Shown here piece by piece: positions 25,901 through 39,081 of a DNA stretch of 64,000 bases. The translations under genes and the position numbers were made by a program. Positions within the stretch are counted from its first letter, which is position 1, and the number at the start of each line of letters is the position of its first letter. Below the pieces are notes generated by a model, which was not told the origin of the DNA, made no database searches, and was given only the letters and a program-made list of their open reading frames with translations. Origin of the DNA: Octopus sinensis (Eukaryota); NCBI RefSeq assembly GCF_006345805.1, contig NC_043009.1:3844001-3908000 (forward strand), in the 5' to 3' direction.

Positions 25901-26439
25901 TTAAAGTGTGAACATAAAAAAAATATTTCGTTCATGAAACTTACGTAGTAATTGGGGGCTCTCAAATACTTTAAGCATATAGTTTTTCAAGAGTACATAT
26001 TGAACATCTTTTTGTATCCGATAATATAGGGTCTGGTTTTGGAAAGGGTTTTCAATTTGATGTCATAGTTGTTCCCTTCGTCTTTAAGTTTCCAGATTAA
26101 AGCTGAAAGGGTAGTCAAATGTATCTTACCACGGTGCTTGAAATTCAAATGATGGTTCTTATATCTATACTTATATTTTCATTCCACTGCTCCAGTATCA
26201 CGTTTGGTTTCTGTTCCACTGTTGCACTGGTTCGCTGATACCTGTGCTTCATGAACAACGGAGGATGTATCGTATTTCATCCCTAGAGAACGTCTACATT
26301 TGTGTCTACAGACGATAGAAGAGATTGTCAAAGAAAAGCTTGTAATAAATTCTATCAGTAAAGCCGCTATACTGTAGAGCACTATTACATAGGGCAGCCT
26401 ATAACAAATATTTTTTAGAAGAAGAAAGACATGCAATCC

Positions 26440-26790
26440 TGAGGCTAATGTTTGGAACTAAGCTTTCAAATGATAGGAGTATTTGTTAATATGTTTAAGA
26501 TTCTCGTAAGCCTTATGGAAAGGTTTATATGAATTAGTTTTGAAGTCTAAGGAAACATCTAAAAAGCAAAACCGACGCAGGTTAGTATCGATAGACATTT
26601 TATGTCCTAAACAATTGCAGGTAGAAATTAATTGCTTTCTAAAGGAGTCCATAATATAGCCATCACAACTGCGTGAGAGTTAAAACATCATCTCAGTATT
26701 TACCGATGCTATGGTTGAGGAATTTCGAATTTAGATTGTTTAATATGCAGGGACAATCCAAATTGCATACATCTGCGCTATCAGATGACC
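26440..26790 (-). pseudogene. Decayed PLE-type RT fragment (YRDD class)
   Basis: SIGKY*DDVL near 26682-26710, then TNLRRFCFLDVSLDFKTNSYKPFHKAYENLKHINKYSYH. Confidence 0.65.
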
Positions 26791-26860
26791 AGACTGAAAC
26801 ATCGAATAGTCATCTTTTACGACTGTATTAACGTACTATACATATATATATATATATATA

Positions 26861-27040
26861 GTCCGGCCTTCGCCATGATTGATCGCTAGCCACTACACAT
26901 TCTGTATTTTCTCTCCTTATTTCTTTCTGAGTTCCTTTCTGGGCTCGAGACGTTAAAGACTTTTCCATTTCCCGGGCGTTATTACTAATACATCTGTTTT
27001 TGTCTACACCACCTGTCTTCGTCTTTTGTAAATTCTCCCC
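26861..27040 (+). mobile_element. PLE-like terminal-repeat fragment, HHR core deleted
   Basis: Homologue of 5490-5698 lacking TGGAAGAGCGTA; flanked by (TA)n. Confidence 0.55.
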
Positions 27041-27132
<92 letters not shown>

Positions 27133-27548
27133 ATATTTATATATATATATATATATAATAAAATATCTATGAACATATATATATGTATATAATATCTGGT
27201 GCGTATGTGTATATGTGTGCTGTAATCCCTATCTGTGTATATGTGTTCATGGATATGTGTTTGTCTGTTCTTCTATAGTCTAGTGTGTTGTGTTGCATGT
27301 AATGTCTATATGTAATCATGCATCTCTTAACTTTTGAAACCGGTATATTTATGGAAGACATTGATATTCATTTTTATGTGAAGTTCATAGAAAGTTCACA
27401 AACAAATATTCGATAAAAATAGAATAGAGCAAAAATTAAGAAGAAGCGATCTAAACAAATTAGCAAATCTCAGTTTCTACCATACATAACATCTCATCTA
27501 TATATATATGCATAAATATGTATATGTATGTATGTGTGTGTATTTGTG

Positions 27549-27581
<33 letters not shown>

Positions 27582-27853
27582 CTCACTCGTGCTTGTGTGT
27601 GTGCTTGTGTATAATATGTCATATGTTCTGAAAATACAGCTCATCATTTTTATCCATGCAAAATATTTTGCCAATTAATTTTTTAAACATACATACACAC
27701 AAACACATATATATTAGGGAAATATGGACTCTGCAATTACCATGCAATTCAATACATATATATATATATGTAAATAGGCACACATACATATATATATTAT
27801 ACATATGTACATAAGTATATACACACACACACGCACACGCATATATATATATA

Positions 27854-27903
<50 letters not shown>

Positions 27904-28050
27904 TATATTTATGTAAAATACATATCTATATGTGAATACTCACTCTCTTTCACCACACACACACATATATATACCTACAGATTTATATGTTATATGTGTG
28001 TGTTTGTGTGTGTATGCATATATATATAATATATTTATATATATATATAT

Positions 28051-28092
<42 letters not shown>

Positions 28093-28619
28093 TGTATGTA
28101 TATATATATATATATATACATAAATATGTATGCATGAACATATGTATATATATAGTGATATATTCATTTTTAAATTTTAACATTATTTATTGGACGAGCA
28201 TATCTCCAAATCTTTGTTCGTATGTAGACGTAGCTTTATTTCTTTTGTACCTGGAAGTGCTTACGATAAAAAAAAATGTAGAATGTAAATATCCTCGTAG
28301 AATATAATCTTCTCCTTAATGCCTGGATGAGACCGCAGAGGCATTTCTGGATAGCTAAATAATCTTCATATTTCAACAGAAAATATGAAGCTAGTATAAG
28401 TAATTATAAATTTAAATTAGAAAAATAAAAAAACCCGTTTTCTATTCACTTTGTTTTTTTTTCTTTTTTTTTGGGGGGGGGGCTTGTTTTTTTTTTTGTC
28501 CTGGCGGCAAAGCTTCACAAGTCTTAAATGAATGATTCGGAGGACTTAATGGATGCTGTTGCCTGGGAGGGCGAGGAATAATAACAAATGAATGGTGCAG
28601 TCTTCGGCGTGATGAGTGA

Positions 28620-28774
28620 TAATGAGCGTAATAATATTAGTAGTATTATTAAGAGCAGCAACAGCAGTACCAGTAGCAGTAGCAATATTAATAGTAGTAG
28701 TAGTAGCACCTGCAGCAGCAACAGCGATATTAGTGGCATGAAAGGAACCAACAGCAGCAGCAGCGGCAGTGGTA

Positions 28775-28823
<49 letters not shown>

Positions 28824-29070
28824 TGTAGTAGTTGCCATAGTAGTAGCAGCAGCAGCCATAGTAGTGCATCAACAGAACCACTACAAGCACCAATAGTAGT
28901 AGTAGTAGTAGTAGAAGTAGGAGGAGGAGTAGAGATTATGGTAGTAGCAACAGTTCTTTTAGTAGCTACAGCAGGACTAGCACCAGTAGTAGTAGCAGCA
29001 GCAGCAGTAGTAGTAGTAGTAGTAGTAGTAGTAGCAGCAGTTCTTTTCGGAGCATCAACATCAGCAGCAG
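28620..29070. repeat. Compound (AGT)n/(AGC)n low-complexity tract
   Basis: Read directly from the sequence. Confidence 0.9.
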
Positions 29071-30671
29071 TAAATTTGGTAGGAGGTGTGTTGGGGTTTG
29101 TGATATTGATGACGATGTTAATCAGCATCAAGATATTTCAAATTGACTCACATCCACCTGGTGTGTATGCATGAACGTTTAAACATGCAAAGAAGCCCTG
29201 TAAACGCATTTTCCTTTATTTGTCGATCCCAGTATAAAAGAGATGATGGAATTATTGCAAGGTTGCTAGAATCGGTTCTTAATCCTCATTAATTTCACAA
29301 GCTGAATCACCACCCTTTGGGCGGTCATTCAGGATATTACTTATTTAAAATCCTATTCGTAATTTGAAAGTAAAAAGCGACATTTACTACAATTTTCTTA
29401 AAGAATTTCCTTATGGAATACGTTGGGGCTGTGGGTTGCTTTCATACCCTTATACCCTGAATCCAATGCTAATATATGCACATTATTCCCAGAACGAAAG
29501 CCAATATATTCACAGAAAAAAATAAATATATGTTCATTGCTCCCAGAACCAAACAGGGATCCAGATATCTCCGTCCACTTTGGGTTGATTGTCATAGTCA
29601 TGAAGTAGTCTGGCTTTCCAAACTCTCTCACCAGAGCCATTCCAGCTTGGAAACACTCCCTGTAAAACCGAGGATAACTAGCATGTGATGGCGGAAGAAT
29701 GATTTTAGACCCTACATCATTCATGTCACCATTTGCAATATCATCCAGAAGGCCCAGGTACTTTTCAGCCTTAAGTTGATTCGGATGATATCTCTGGACG
29801 TGTAATCAATCTTCCTCTATCTTTGCATATTGATCTACTGTCTATTGTTGCATCAGACGTTTACTTTTCATTATGCCATTGCACTCATCTTTCTTACCTG
29901 AAGCCGGTAAGAATGAAAGTCACATTCTGAGATGTTTTTGCTTCGGTCATTTTCTTTCAAGAGCCCGTTCCAGCCATCTTCCCCATATGGAAACAGAAGT
30001 ACATAATGAAGAGGGTCATAGCTTCTGTGAATTTGACTAATAGAGTCTAACTTCCCATTGCTCTTTCTGTACTGCACCACGACATCCGCAGTTTTAACGT
30101 TTGTTTTATTGGTATCATCTCCCACCATGATCACAGCAACTCCTGGTGCACTCGGTGGATTATAGGTTTCCTCATGTGACCCAGCAGAAATAATCCTTTT
30201 GTCATGACTTGTAATAATATCAGCAGTAGCACCGTTTTTGGTGCACAGCATTCCTTAATTATATCAATGCTTTTGGAATAAGCAGTGCTCTCTGTAAGTC
30301 TAGCAGGATGTTCTCATTTAGGTCATTGTCATCTCCTTTGAATGACAACCTGTTCTACTCTCATTTTCAGTGTCAACGAAATATAGCTGTGCGTAGACTG
30401 GTTACCTATTTACTGTTCGTAGAAGACTTCCTATGCGGTGGTACAACTTTCCTTGTATCTTGAAAGTAGGCATAAAAGTTTACCAATCTGTGGTTTAACT
30501 GGTGGATTATCCAGTCCAATGAAGCCATAAGCCAGTAAATTATTGTAGTCACGAATTCTCTTCAGAAACATTTGACCTCATAGATTAATATCATAGTATT
30601 TAGCTATTAATTCTTGTGGCTTTATTTATCTGTGGAACTTTGTCATCGCAAATGTTTTCCTTTGCCACAGC

Positions 30672-30904
30672 AGAGGCGGTGAGCTGGCAGAAACGTTAGC
30701 ACACCGGATGAAATGCTTAGCGGTATTTCGTCTGCCGTTACGTTCTGAGGTCAAATTCCGCCGTGGTCGACTTTGCCTTTCGTCCTTTCGGGTCAATAAA
30801 TTAAGAACCAGTTACGCTCTGGGGTCGATGTAATCGACTTAATCCCTTTGTCTGTCCTTGTTTGTCTCCTCTATGTTTATCCCCTTGTGGGCAATAAAGA
30901 AATA
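30672..30904 (+). mobile_element. SINE family B, full length, inserted in the Helitron
   Basis: GAGGCGGTGAGCTGGCAGAA head to AAAGAAATA tail; AGAGG repeated at 30672 and 30905. Confidence 0.9.
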
Positions 30905-32262
30905 AGAGGGTAGTTTTCTCAGCACCCCAAATGTAAGCTTCGAAGTCAAGGCATGTTCTGTTAACAATGCTTCCACAGTAGTGCCACATAAGGCATGGTT
31001 TTCGTTCTTTGTTATGAAAATCTACCACATTAACTTCTATAGCCATTCTCTCAGTGTCAATTCTTTCCTGACGAAGTCTCAATTGGTATGTTGCCTGGTT
31101 GTTTCCTTGTCGCTGTTGAATTTGTGGCAGCGACTTGTATTCCCTAGAGTCCTCTTTCCTCAGCCGATCAGCATTTGTCGGTGATTCTGTTTCTTGTGGT
31201 GTTTCCATTGCACGACTTTTCCGTGCCCTCATCCGATTCACATTCCTCCATGATTCTCTTTTTGCAGGTCTTTCCATTTGCACGGGGTTCATGTCTTCCC
31301 ATCCGATTTGCATTCCTCCCTGTTTCCGAATCTTCCGGTCTTTCCAATGCACGGGTTTCCTGTCTCCTCGGCCGATTTGCATTTCCCCGTGCCTCTGCTT
31401 CTTCTGGTGTTTCAATTACATGGGTTTCTTGCATTCTCCTTCGCTTTATTTCGAGACACTGAGAAGAGCTAGGTCTTTGTCTGTTGTCTTTGCTCAGCAA
31501 TCTTTTGTGAACGGGACAGGTGTTTGCTCTTTCTTTTTCTGGGAACAGTGCACTGTTGAAAGCGTGAGTATTTATGACAATTATACCGTGTATGATTCGA
31601 GACGATTCAGCTAGCATTCGAACTAATTTCTCTGAACGGGAAGTTTTCACGGTATTAATTGTAAATATTTACCTTGTGTATTTATTTACAATTACACGAC
31701 TCTCGCTAAACGGTATTTTAAAGTGCGATTTTTATGTTGTTGAATTGCTCTAAACGAATTTTCTCATAAAAATGCCGAAAATTTAGTACTTTCTAAGGTA
31801 GTGATTAAAATAAATTTTCATGCAGTCAAACGTATAAAGTTTCTGAAATTTTCATACTTTTTACATCTGCTATTTCAGACGATAGTACATTCAGTAACAG
31901 ATTCAAACATGCAACGGCATAAACAGGCATGAGAATAACTCCGACGGCCGACGGCATGAAAATAGGTCCGACAAATTTTATTATCGTAAAAAGATACTAA
32001 ATTTCCAAAATTTTGATGATCAAATTCGTTTAGAGCAATTCAGTATCATAAAAATCGCACTTTAAGATAGTTTTTAGCGAGTATGGTGTAACTGTAATTA
32101 TCACCGAAGACAGAAAATTAATTAATTTTTTTTTTACAAAATAACACCGATAGAAACAGTGGAAAGAACGCAACCGGTTAAGAGAGAATTTAGTTAAAGA
32201 AGTAGTATATATGTGTGTTTGAGAGAGAGGTAACATTATGTGAGAGAGTAAGTTCAATACGT

Positions 32263-32289
<27 letters not shown>

Positions 32290-32294
<5 letters not shown>

Positions 32295-32590
32295 CAAAAT
32301 GGGACAAGAACGCACAGCATTCAAATAGACGATACAAAAAAGAAGGGACGGGTCATTCGAAGTCTTCAATCTTCAGTCAAGAACCGGATCATCCTCGCAA
32401 TTTCGGCTGATTAAGCTTGAGATTGCTCCAATCTGGCCAGCCCCAAGGAAAAACTAAGCTACAAGCATTAGATTTCTTGGAAAAAAGATCGAATGTATAC
32501 GAAACAAGGACAGAAAAGCGGACGATGTTACACGAATATAAATACAAAGAAACAAAAAATAATACGAATATAAACACAAATATATATATA
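32290..32590 (-). mobile_element. PLE-like terminal repeat with a core-less HHR relic
   Basis: Reverse complement is homologous to 61125-61430; abuts (TA)n. Confidence 0.55.
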
Positions 32591-34299
32591 TGTATATATA
32601 AGGGAGAGAGAAACATCAAAGTAACACTGAAGGAGACATGGAAAACCGGTTAAGAGAGAGTGAATTAAGAGAGAGTAACATAGTTTGCGATTCTGTCAAT
32701 TACCACTCCTCACACTACAGCTCTCAATAAGAGAAAGAGGTAGTAAGCGTAAGGAATAGTAGGAGAGTCATTGAATAGCAAGAGAGGGGTTTATTCGTTT
32801 TGTCGGATTTGACCAGATCGGTTAATTTTTGGGAATCCCTTATATATGACAACACTTTCCCGCTACCCACGATTCCTCAAGCCAAGTTTGGTCGAAATCG
32901 GTCCACTGGTTGCCGAGGAGTTTGGTAACAAAATTCTGACACACGCAGACATAAATAGTGCAATTATAGTGTATATATATTCCTAAATCAATATGGGCAT
33001 TTCTTCTCGTCTTCATTAATTGAAAATTATAACAATTATTTGACTCCCACAAAACTCACTGGAGAGTCGTCTCGTATAAATAAAGAAAGTATTATTTCTT
33101 CCTATATAAGCCCTTTAGAACCGACAGGTTAATACTGCTTAAGTCTGTGAGGGTAACATCCATCTCCCTTCGATATTTTTGTGTTCTTAAAACAGGGCGG
33201 GATGAGAGACGTTATTTCAGGACAAATACTGCAGTTACTGGCCTATCAACAGTGTAAATGGAGTTAGCATGATAGCTTGCTGTCTGTTTTGATTTAATAC
33301 TGCTTCAATTGCGCATACCGGATTAAGTATCACATATAAGTTCGAACGCCATAGCTTCACATACATATCTCATCATTTCTTATGCTTCATTTCAACAAAT
33401 AAGGCTATAATCTTGATTTATTATTATTGTCAACTTGCTGACGAAAGCAATGCTACGAAAAAGATCTATCAATAAGAATTGGAATATGGACTTTAGGAGT
33501 ATTGTTCTTAAAATGATACAGCAAATTCTGATAATTCCAGAGTAAGAACAGATTGACTGAAACCAACATCAAATCATTAATTGTTAGGTATTTACGTTGA
33601 GACAGTGATTGTTTGTAGACCTTGGTGATTAGAGCTTTTGTACTTCATGTATTTCAATCAGCTGTGGTATATGGTTTATCTTGTTTGAAGATCATCAATA
33701 TATGACAGTGAGTTCAAGTAGACTACTTTTCTTCTAGATATCAATTTGGTTAAACTAAACATTTGAAGTATCTTCATAATATCTTAGCAATACTTTTAAC
33801 TTTAAATTGAATAGTCTGTTAATCAAGCCTAACAGCTCGTTAGTATTTCATGCACTTCTTTTGACCAAACTGGACTGTATGGGATTGTAAGAGACAGATC
33901 TGGTTTCCCATAGCGGCGAACAGAGTTCATCGAGTTATGTAAAAGTATTTTATCGGACAGGATTATATGAAAGTAGACAGAAACACAACATGCTACCAGT
34001 ACTCACATTATGAGGCTAATTTTGCATTTAGTCCATCAAGGATTGGAAAATTTGGACGGTAAGCTTTTTGTGACAATTTCAAACACTCTGAAACCGCCTC
34101 TTTAGCCTTACAAATGCTCTCGACAATATATGCTAATGGTAATCTTCCATTTTCCTCCCGACTGAAACACTTCAAAACCATAGAGCCGATGCATTTCTGT
34201 ATAAATAGTAATCAGTCAGCGTTATATTCTCTTTCTTTCTTTCTTTTTGGTAATTACTGGTTTCAAATTTTGAGACAAGGCCAGAAAGTTCGGTGGAGC

Positions 34300-34465
34300 A
34301 AGGCAGTCAGTTATATTGACCCTAGTGTTGAATTGTTACTTATTTTATCAATCCCGAAAGGATGAAAAGCGAAGCCATCCTTGGCGGCATTTGAACTCAG
34401 AAAGTCAAGACGGACAAAATGCCGCGTAGCATTTTGCGTGGCGTGCTAACGATTCTGCCAGCTCA
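34300..34465 (-). mobile_element. SINE family B, diverged
   Basis: CCGAAAGGATGAAA..GAACTCAGAA..GCTAACGATTCTGCCAGCTCACC. Confidence 0.75.
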
Positions 34466-35098
34466 CCATCTTTTACTTTTATGCAAGTATTCAAACTGGT
34501 GTCAAGCAGAGAGATCTTTCTTTCGCCTGTTGAATGAAAGAAAGAAATATAATGTGTCATAATACAGAATCGGTTGGCTGATTCACAGGAAATCTTAATC
34601 ACGTTTATGTAAAACAATGCCATTTTATCCAGCAATATTTGCTCGTGCACCTTGAAGAACAAATGTTTTCTTAAGAAATGTTAGACATCAATTTTCGCGG
34701 AGAGTGAAACAGTAACTAATGGAAGAATAGCATATCACATTTACTAGGTGAGATGACGTGCGGTATGCGTGTGTTGAAGCAGTCACTGTGTTCATAAAAG
34801 GGACAAGTTTCTCAATTCAAATGTACCCTCGACGTTAAGGTCAAGAGTATATTTAAATTTTATACATTTGCATTTTATACATTTTACTGGTTACTTGCCT
34901 CAGTCATTGGACTGTGGCCATGCTTGGACACTGATTAGAAGGCGAATGAACCGACCAGAAAACATATGTTTGTTTTGTTTTTATTATGGTACTTTTTCTA
35001 TCTTCCCTTTTGCCACACTGCTAAGTTATTGTGACGTAAACAAACCAACATTGGATTCAAGCTGTGGGGCATGACAAATACATAAACACATAAACACA

Positions 35099-35144
<46 letters not shown>

Positions 35145-35300
35145 GGCGAATGGCCTAGTGGTGAAGGTGTTGCACTACCGATTGCGAGATCATGGGTTCG
35201 ATTCCTATACAGGAAGTTGCGGTGTGTTCTTCAGCAAAGCACTTCAGTTCACGCTGCTCTGCGATCATTTCGATATCTGACATGGGGAACTCTTTGGACC
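35145..35300 (+). mobile_element. tRNA-derived SINE, family D head
   Basis: TGGCCTAGTGG A box, GGTTCGATTCC B box, TGTTCTTCAGCAAAGCACTTCA block shared with 57261. Confidence 0.7.
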
Positions 35301-35779
35301 TGTACATGCAATGTCGATCTGATGGAAGAACTGAGCTTATGTCTACACAAACATTTCATCACTATAAACAAATCATTCGTGTGGTTGTTCGGTAAGAAAT
35401 TATCGAACCCTCATACGTCGCCTAACAACGACAGAGTCCATCATATATAGAGAGAGAGTGTGTGAGAGAGACGACAGGCTTCTACGCAGACTCCATTTAC
35501 CAAATTCCCGCTCAATGCATTAATTGGATCATGGTTATAGTAAAAGGCATTTTCCCAAAGTGCCGTGCTGTGGGATTGAAACCGAAATCGCGTGGTTGCC
35601 AGACGAGCTTCTTAATCACAAACCAGTTTTGCCTCTGTGAAATTGGTCAAAAAATGATGTTCAGTCGTGGATTGGTAAAAGTTAATTATGGGTCAGATAC
35701 AGGGCATTGAGATCTTTATGTTATGTACCAGTAACATCCCTATATCAAACAGGGTCCCAATCTTCATTTGCGCTACAAC

Positions 35780-36544
35780 AAATCCTTTCTACTACAGGCA
35801 CAAAGCCTGAAACTTTGGGGGCAGGAAGGATATCGATGTCATCAACTCCAATGCAGTACGTGACTGGTATTTATTTTATCGACTCCAAAAGAATGAAAGG
35901 TAAAGTTGACCTCGATGGAATTTGAACTTAGAACGTAAGAACGGACGAAATACCTATTTCTTTACTGCCCACAAGGGGATACACACAGAGAGGACAAACA
36001 AGGACAGACAAATGGATTAAGTCGATTAAATCGACCCCAGTGCGTAACTGGTATTTATTTAATCGACCCCGAATGGACGAAAGGCAAAGTCGACCTCGGC
36101 GGAATTTGAACACAAAACGTAACGGCAGACGAAATACCTATTTCTTTACTACCCACAAGGGGCTAAACACAGAGAGGACAAACAAGGACAGACAAACGGA
36201 TTAAGTCGATTATATCGACCCCAGTACGTAACTGGTATTTATTTAATCGATCCCGAAAGGATGAAACGCAAAGTCGAATACGGCGGAATTTGAACTCAGA
36301 ACGTATCGGCAGACGAAATACCTATTTCTATTTCTTTACTACCCACAAGGGGCTAAACACAGAGGAGACAAACAAGGACAGACAAATGGATTAAGTCGAT
36401 TATATCGACCCCAGTAACTGGTACTTAATTTATCAACCCGAAGGGATGAAAGGCAAAGTCGATCTCGGCGGAGTTTGAACTCAGAACGTAACGGCAGACG
36501 AAATACCGCTAAGCATTTCGCCCGGCGTAACATCTCGCCGCCTC
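35780..36544 (-). mobile_element. Head-to-tail array of SINE family B (one head, three 184-185 bp units, plus a partial sister unit)
   Basis: TTTGAAC landmarks at 35924, 36108, 36292 and 36477. Confidence 0.9.
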
Positions 36545-37723
36545 ATTTGTCCTACATGTAATGAAATTTAATGTATCGTTTCAATATTTAGAGCTACTTA
36601 TTGTTTGTTTTTTTACTTTTGTTTACGTGTATTCTATACACAGCTTTGAAGAACTTTATTTTGACTTAAATTTGCTATTAACATCAATACAAACTGTCCA
36701 ATTATCCGTGAGCTGTACAGATGAGGATACTTATATAGCAAGACGTATGTCTCCAGATGATGGAGGAGATAAAATTAAAAAGATAAAATCTCTACATGCA
36801 AACACTATAGAATATTTAACCTCAGATGAATTTCAACCTTAACCTATACTTCACACTTAACGTTAATTAAATAGCTCTGCTCCAGAGAAAAAAGACAAAA
36901 AGAAAAGAAGAAAGAAATCCATGCTACCCGGCTACAAGAATGACAAATAAAGAAAATAACATAAAGATATATTGATTGAATGATACAATACAATATATCA
37001 GGTGATTTCTTCGAGTCGCCTTCCCCAACACTGCATTGCGAAATAATATTTGAAGATCAAGATCAAAGCGTGACACGAACACACGTACAAACACACACAT
37101 CTACGCATGCTCACGTACATACAAGCGGTGTTATTTTAGTAATATAGATTTGTCTTGTCTACTAAAATCTACTACTATAGATCATAATACTATCGATGTT
37201 AGATGCTATTGTTTCTCAGGTCACCAAGGACTGAACAGAATCATAATCAAAGCTTTTCCGAAGATGACCACCCAGTTTACTTTCAGCAATGAAACATAGA
37301 AACACACTACACTCCATCTCTTTTAATTCCTTTTCATAAGGCGTTAGAGTATAGTTTGAGGGAGATTTAGCTGTTATTACTAGACTCGTAGAACCTCACA
37401 CGTTAAGTCATAGATTTGCATGCATATTACTTAACGAAGAAATTATGTCCAATATCTACTCGAGTTCCAGATGCTTCTGGTCTCTGACCCCTTCTAATTC
37501 AGGCCCTGAATATTACAATGTGTGTTGTTGCTACTCGCAGTAGACGTAGCCATTGGTATGCCTGTTATGAAGATCGATTTGTAACCACGTGGTTTCTAGT
37601 GCAGTGTCACCTCACGGCAGCCTTGGTGAGTGTCTTCTGCTATAACACCAGACCGATTAATGAAATTGTATGTGAATTTAAAAGATGAGAACTCTGTATA
37701 TTTGCATGTGTGTGTGTGTACGT

Positions 37724-37955
37724 GTAGTAGTAGTAGTAGTAGTAGTAGCAGCAGTAGTAGTAGTAGTAGTAGTAGCAGTAGTAGTAGCAGCAGTAGCAAC
37801 AGAGCAGTAGTAATAGTAGTAGTAGTAGAAGTGGCAGTAGCAGCAGCAACAATGGTAGTAGTAGTTGAGGTTGTTATTGTTGCTGGAGTAGTAGCAGCAG
37901 TAGTAGTAGTAGTACCAGCAGTAGTATTAGCAGTAGTAGTAGTAGTAGTAGTAGT

Positions 37956-37987
<32 letters not shown>

Positions 37988-38005
37988 TTGTTGCTGTTGT
38001 TGTAT
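37724..38005. repeat. (AGT)n/(AGC)n microsatellite
   Basis: Read directly from the sequence. Confidence 0.9.
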
Positions 38006-38691
38006 AGCCACCACCAGTCTAGTTGAATCATTTACAGTGTCGGGGATAAAATGCTTTACGGCATTTGTTCCGATTATTTATATTCTGACTCTGAATTACA
38101 TTAACGTAAGCTTCGTGTTTTTTTTTTTCCCTCGCTCTGCGGTCGATTGGAAATAAAGTACCAATGAACTACTAATAAACTAACGAAGAGGTTGAAGACA
38201 TATTAAATCGGCGATCTGGCGAAATCGTTAGAACGTCCGTCAGCATGCTTGGCGCCATTTCGTTCGTCTTTACGTTTCTGAATTCAAAGTCCACCGATGT
38301 CCACTTCGCTTTTCTTCCCTTCGCGGTCGATTAAATAAATACTAGTTGAGCACTGGTCTGATGTAATCGACTAGCATCCTCCATAAAAAAAAGAAAAAAG
38401 CAATCAAGCCATGCGCCTATTGCAGAAACGACTGCTGTAACTCTATTATCCAGCGTGCATTTCTTTTCGTTTAAGAAGGATATTCATCTGCTATTTCCGG
38501 TTGGGAAAACAACAACCGAAAACGCTCCACCAAAGACTTCGAGAATCATTGGTTGAGTTTTCATGGATTTTTAAGTAGTTCATGGCCCATTCTCAGAACA
38601 TAGAATACTGAAAACGCTAATTCTTCAATGAGAATGAAAACTGGGTTAGCGCTGGGTTTTTGCTTTTATTCGTCACTACCTATTTCTTTGT

Positions 38692-39080
38692 GGAGGCGCA
38701 ATGGCCCAGTGGTTAGGACAGCGGACTCGCGGTCGTAGGATCGCGGTTTCGATTCCCAGACCGGGCGTTGTGAGTGTTTATTGAGCGAAAACACCTAAAG
38801 CTCCACGAGGCTCCGGCAGGGGATGGTGGTGATCCCTGCTGTACTCTTTCACCACAACTTTCTCTCACTCTAACTTCCCGTTTCTGTTGTACCTGTATTT
38901 CAAGGAGCCGGCCTTGTCACTCTCTGTGTCACGCTGAATATCCCCGAGAACTACGTTAACGGTACACGTGTCTGTGGAGTGCTCAGCCACTTACACGTTA
39001 ATTTCACGAGCAGGCTGTTCCGTTGATAGGATCAACAGGAACCCTCGTCGTCGTAACCGACGGAGTGCTTCCAACAACAA
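38692..39080 (+). mobile_element. tRNA-derived SINE, family C, full length with (CAA)n tail
   Basis: A box TGGCCCAGTGG, B box GTTTCGATTCC, tail CCAACAACAA; 11-bp TSD CCTATTTCTTT. Confidence 0.9.
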
Positions 39081-39081
39081 C

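Larger units (their letters stand above)
29130..32990 (-). mobile_element. Decayed Helitron (N-terminal repeats, zinc-finger region, start of Rep domain, possible helicase relic)
   Basis: FKIQGKLYHRIGSLL..VYAQLYFVDTENE; HRSYDPLHYVLLFPYGEDGW; VREFGKPDYFMTMTINPKWTEI; ACCGATTTCGACCAAACTTGG subterminal-like motif near 32880-32905. Ends are approximate. Confidence 0.85.

Noticed and set aside
26686-26700. In-frame TGA in the RT motif read as selenocysteine
   Set aside because: It replaces the Arg of YRDD (CGA to TGA, CpG decay), not a Cys, and the fragment has other lesions
33430-33475. CTGACGA..GAAA hammerhead-like string
   Set aside because: No G10.1-C11.1 pair, no stem III or NUH, no stem I; at most an unrecognisable relic
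35924-36480. Regularly spaced repeats resembling a CRISPR array
   Set aside because: Whole 184-bp units are homologous SINE copies with no unique spacers, in a eukaryotic context
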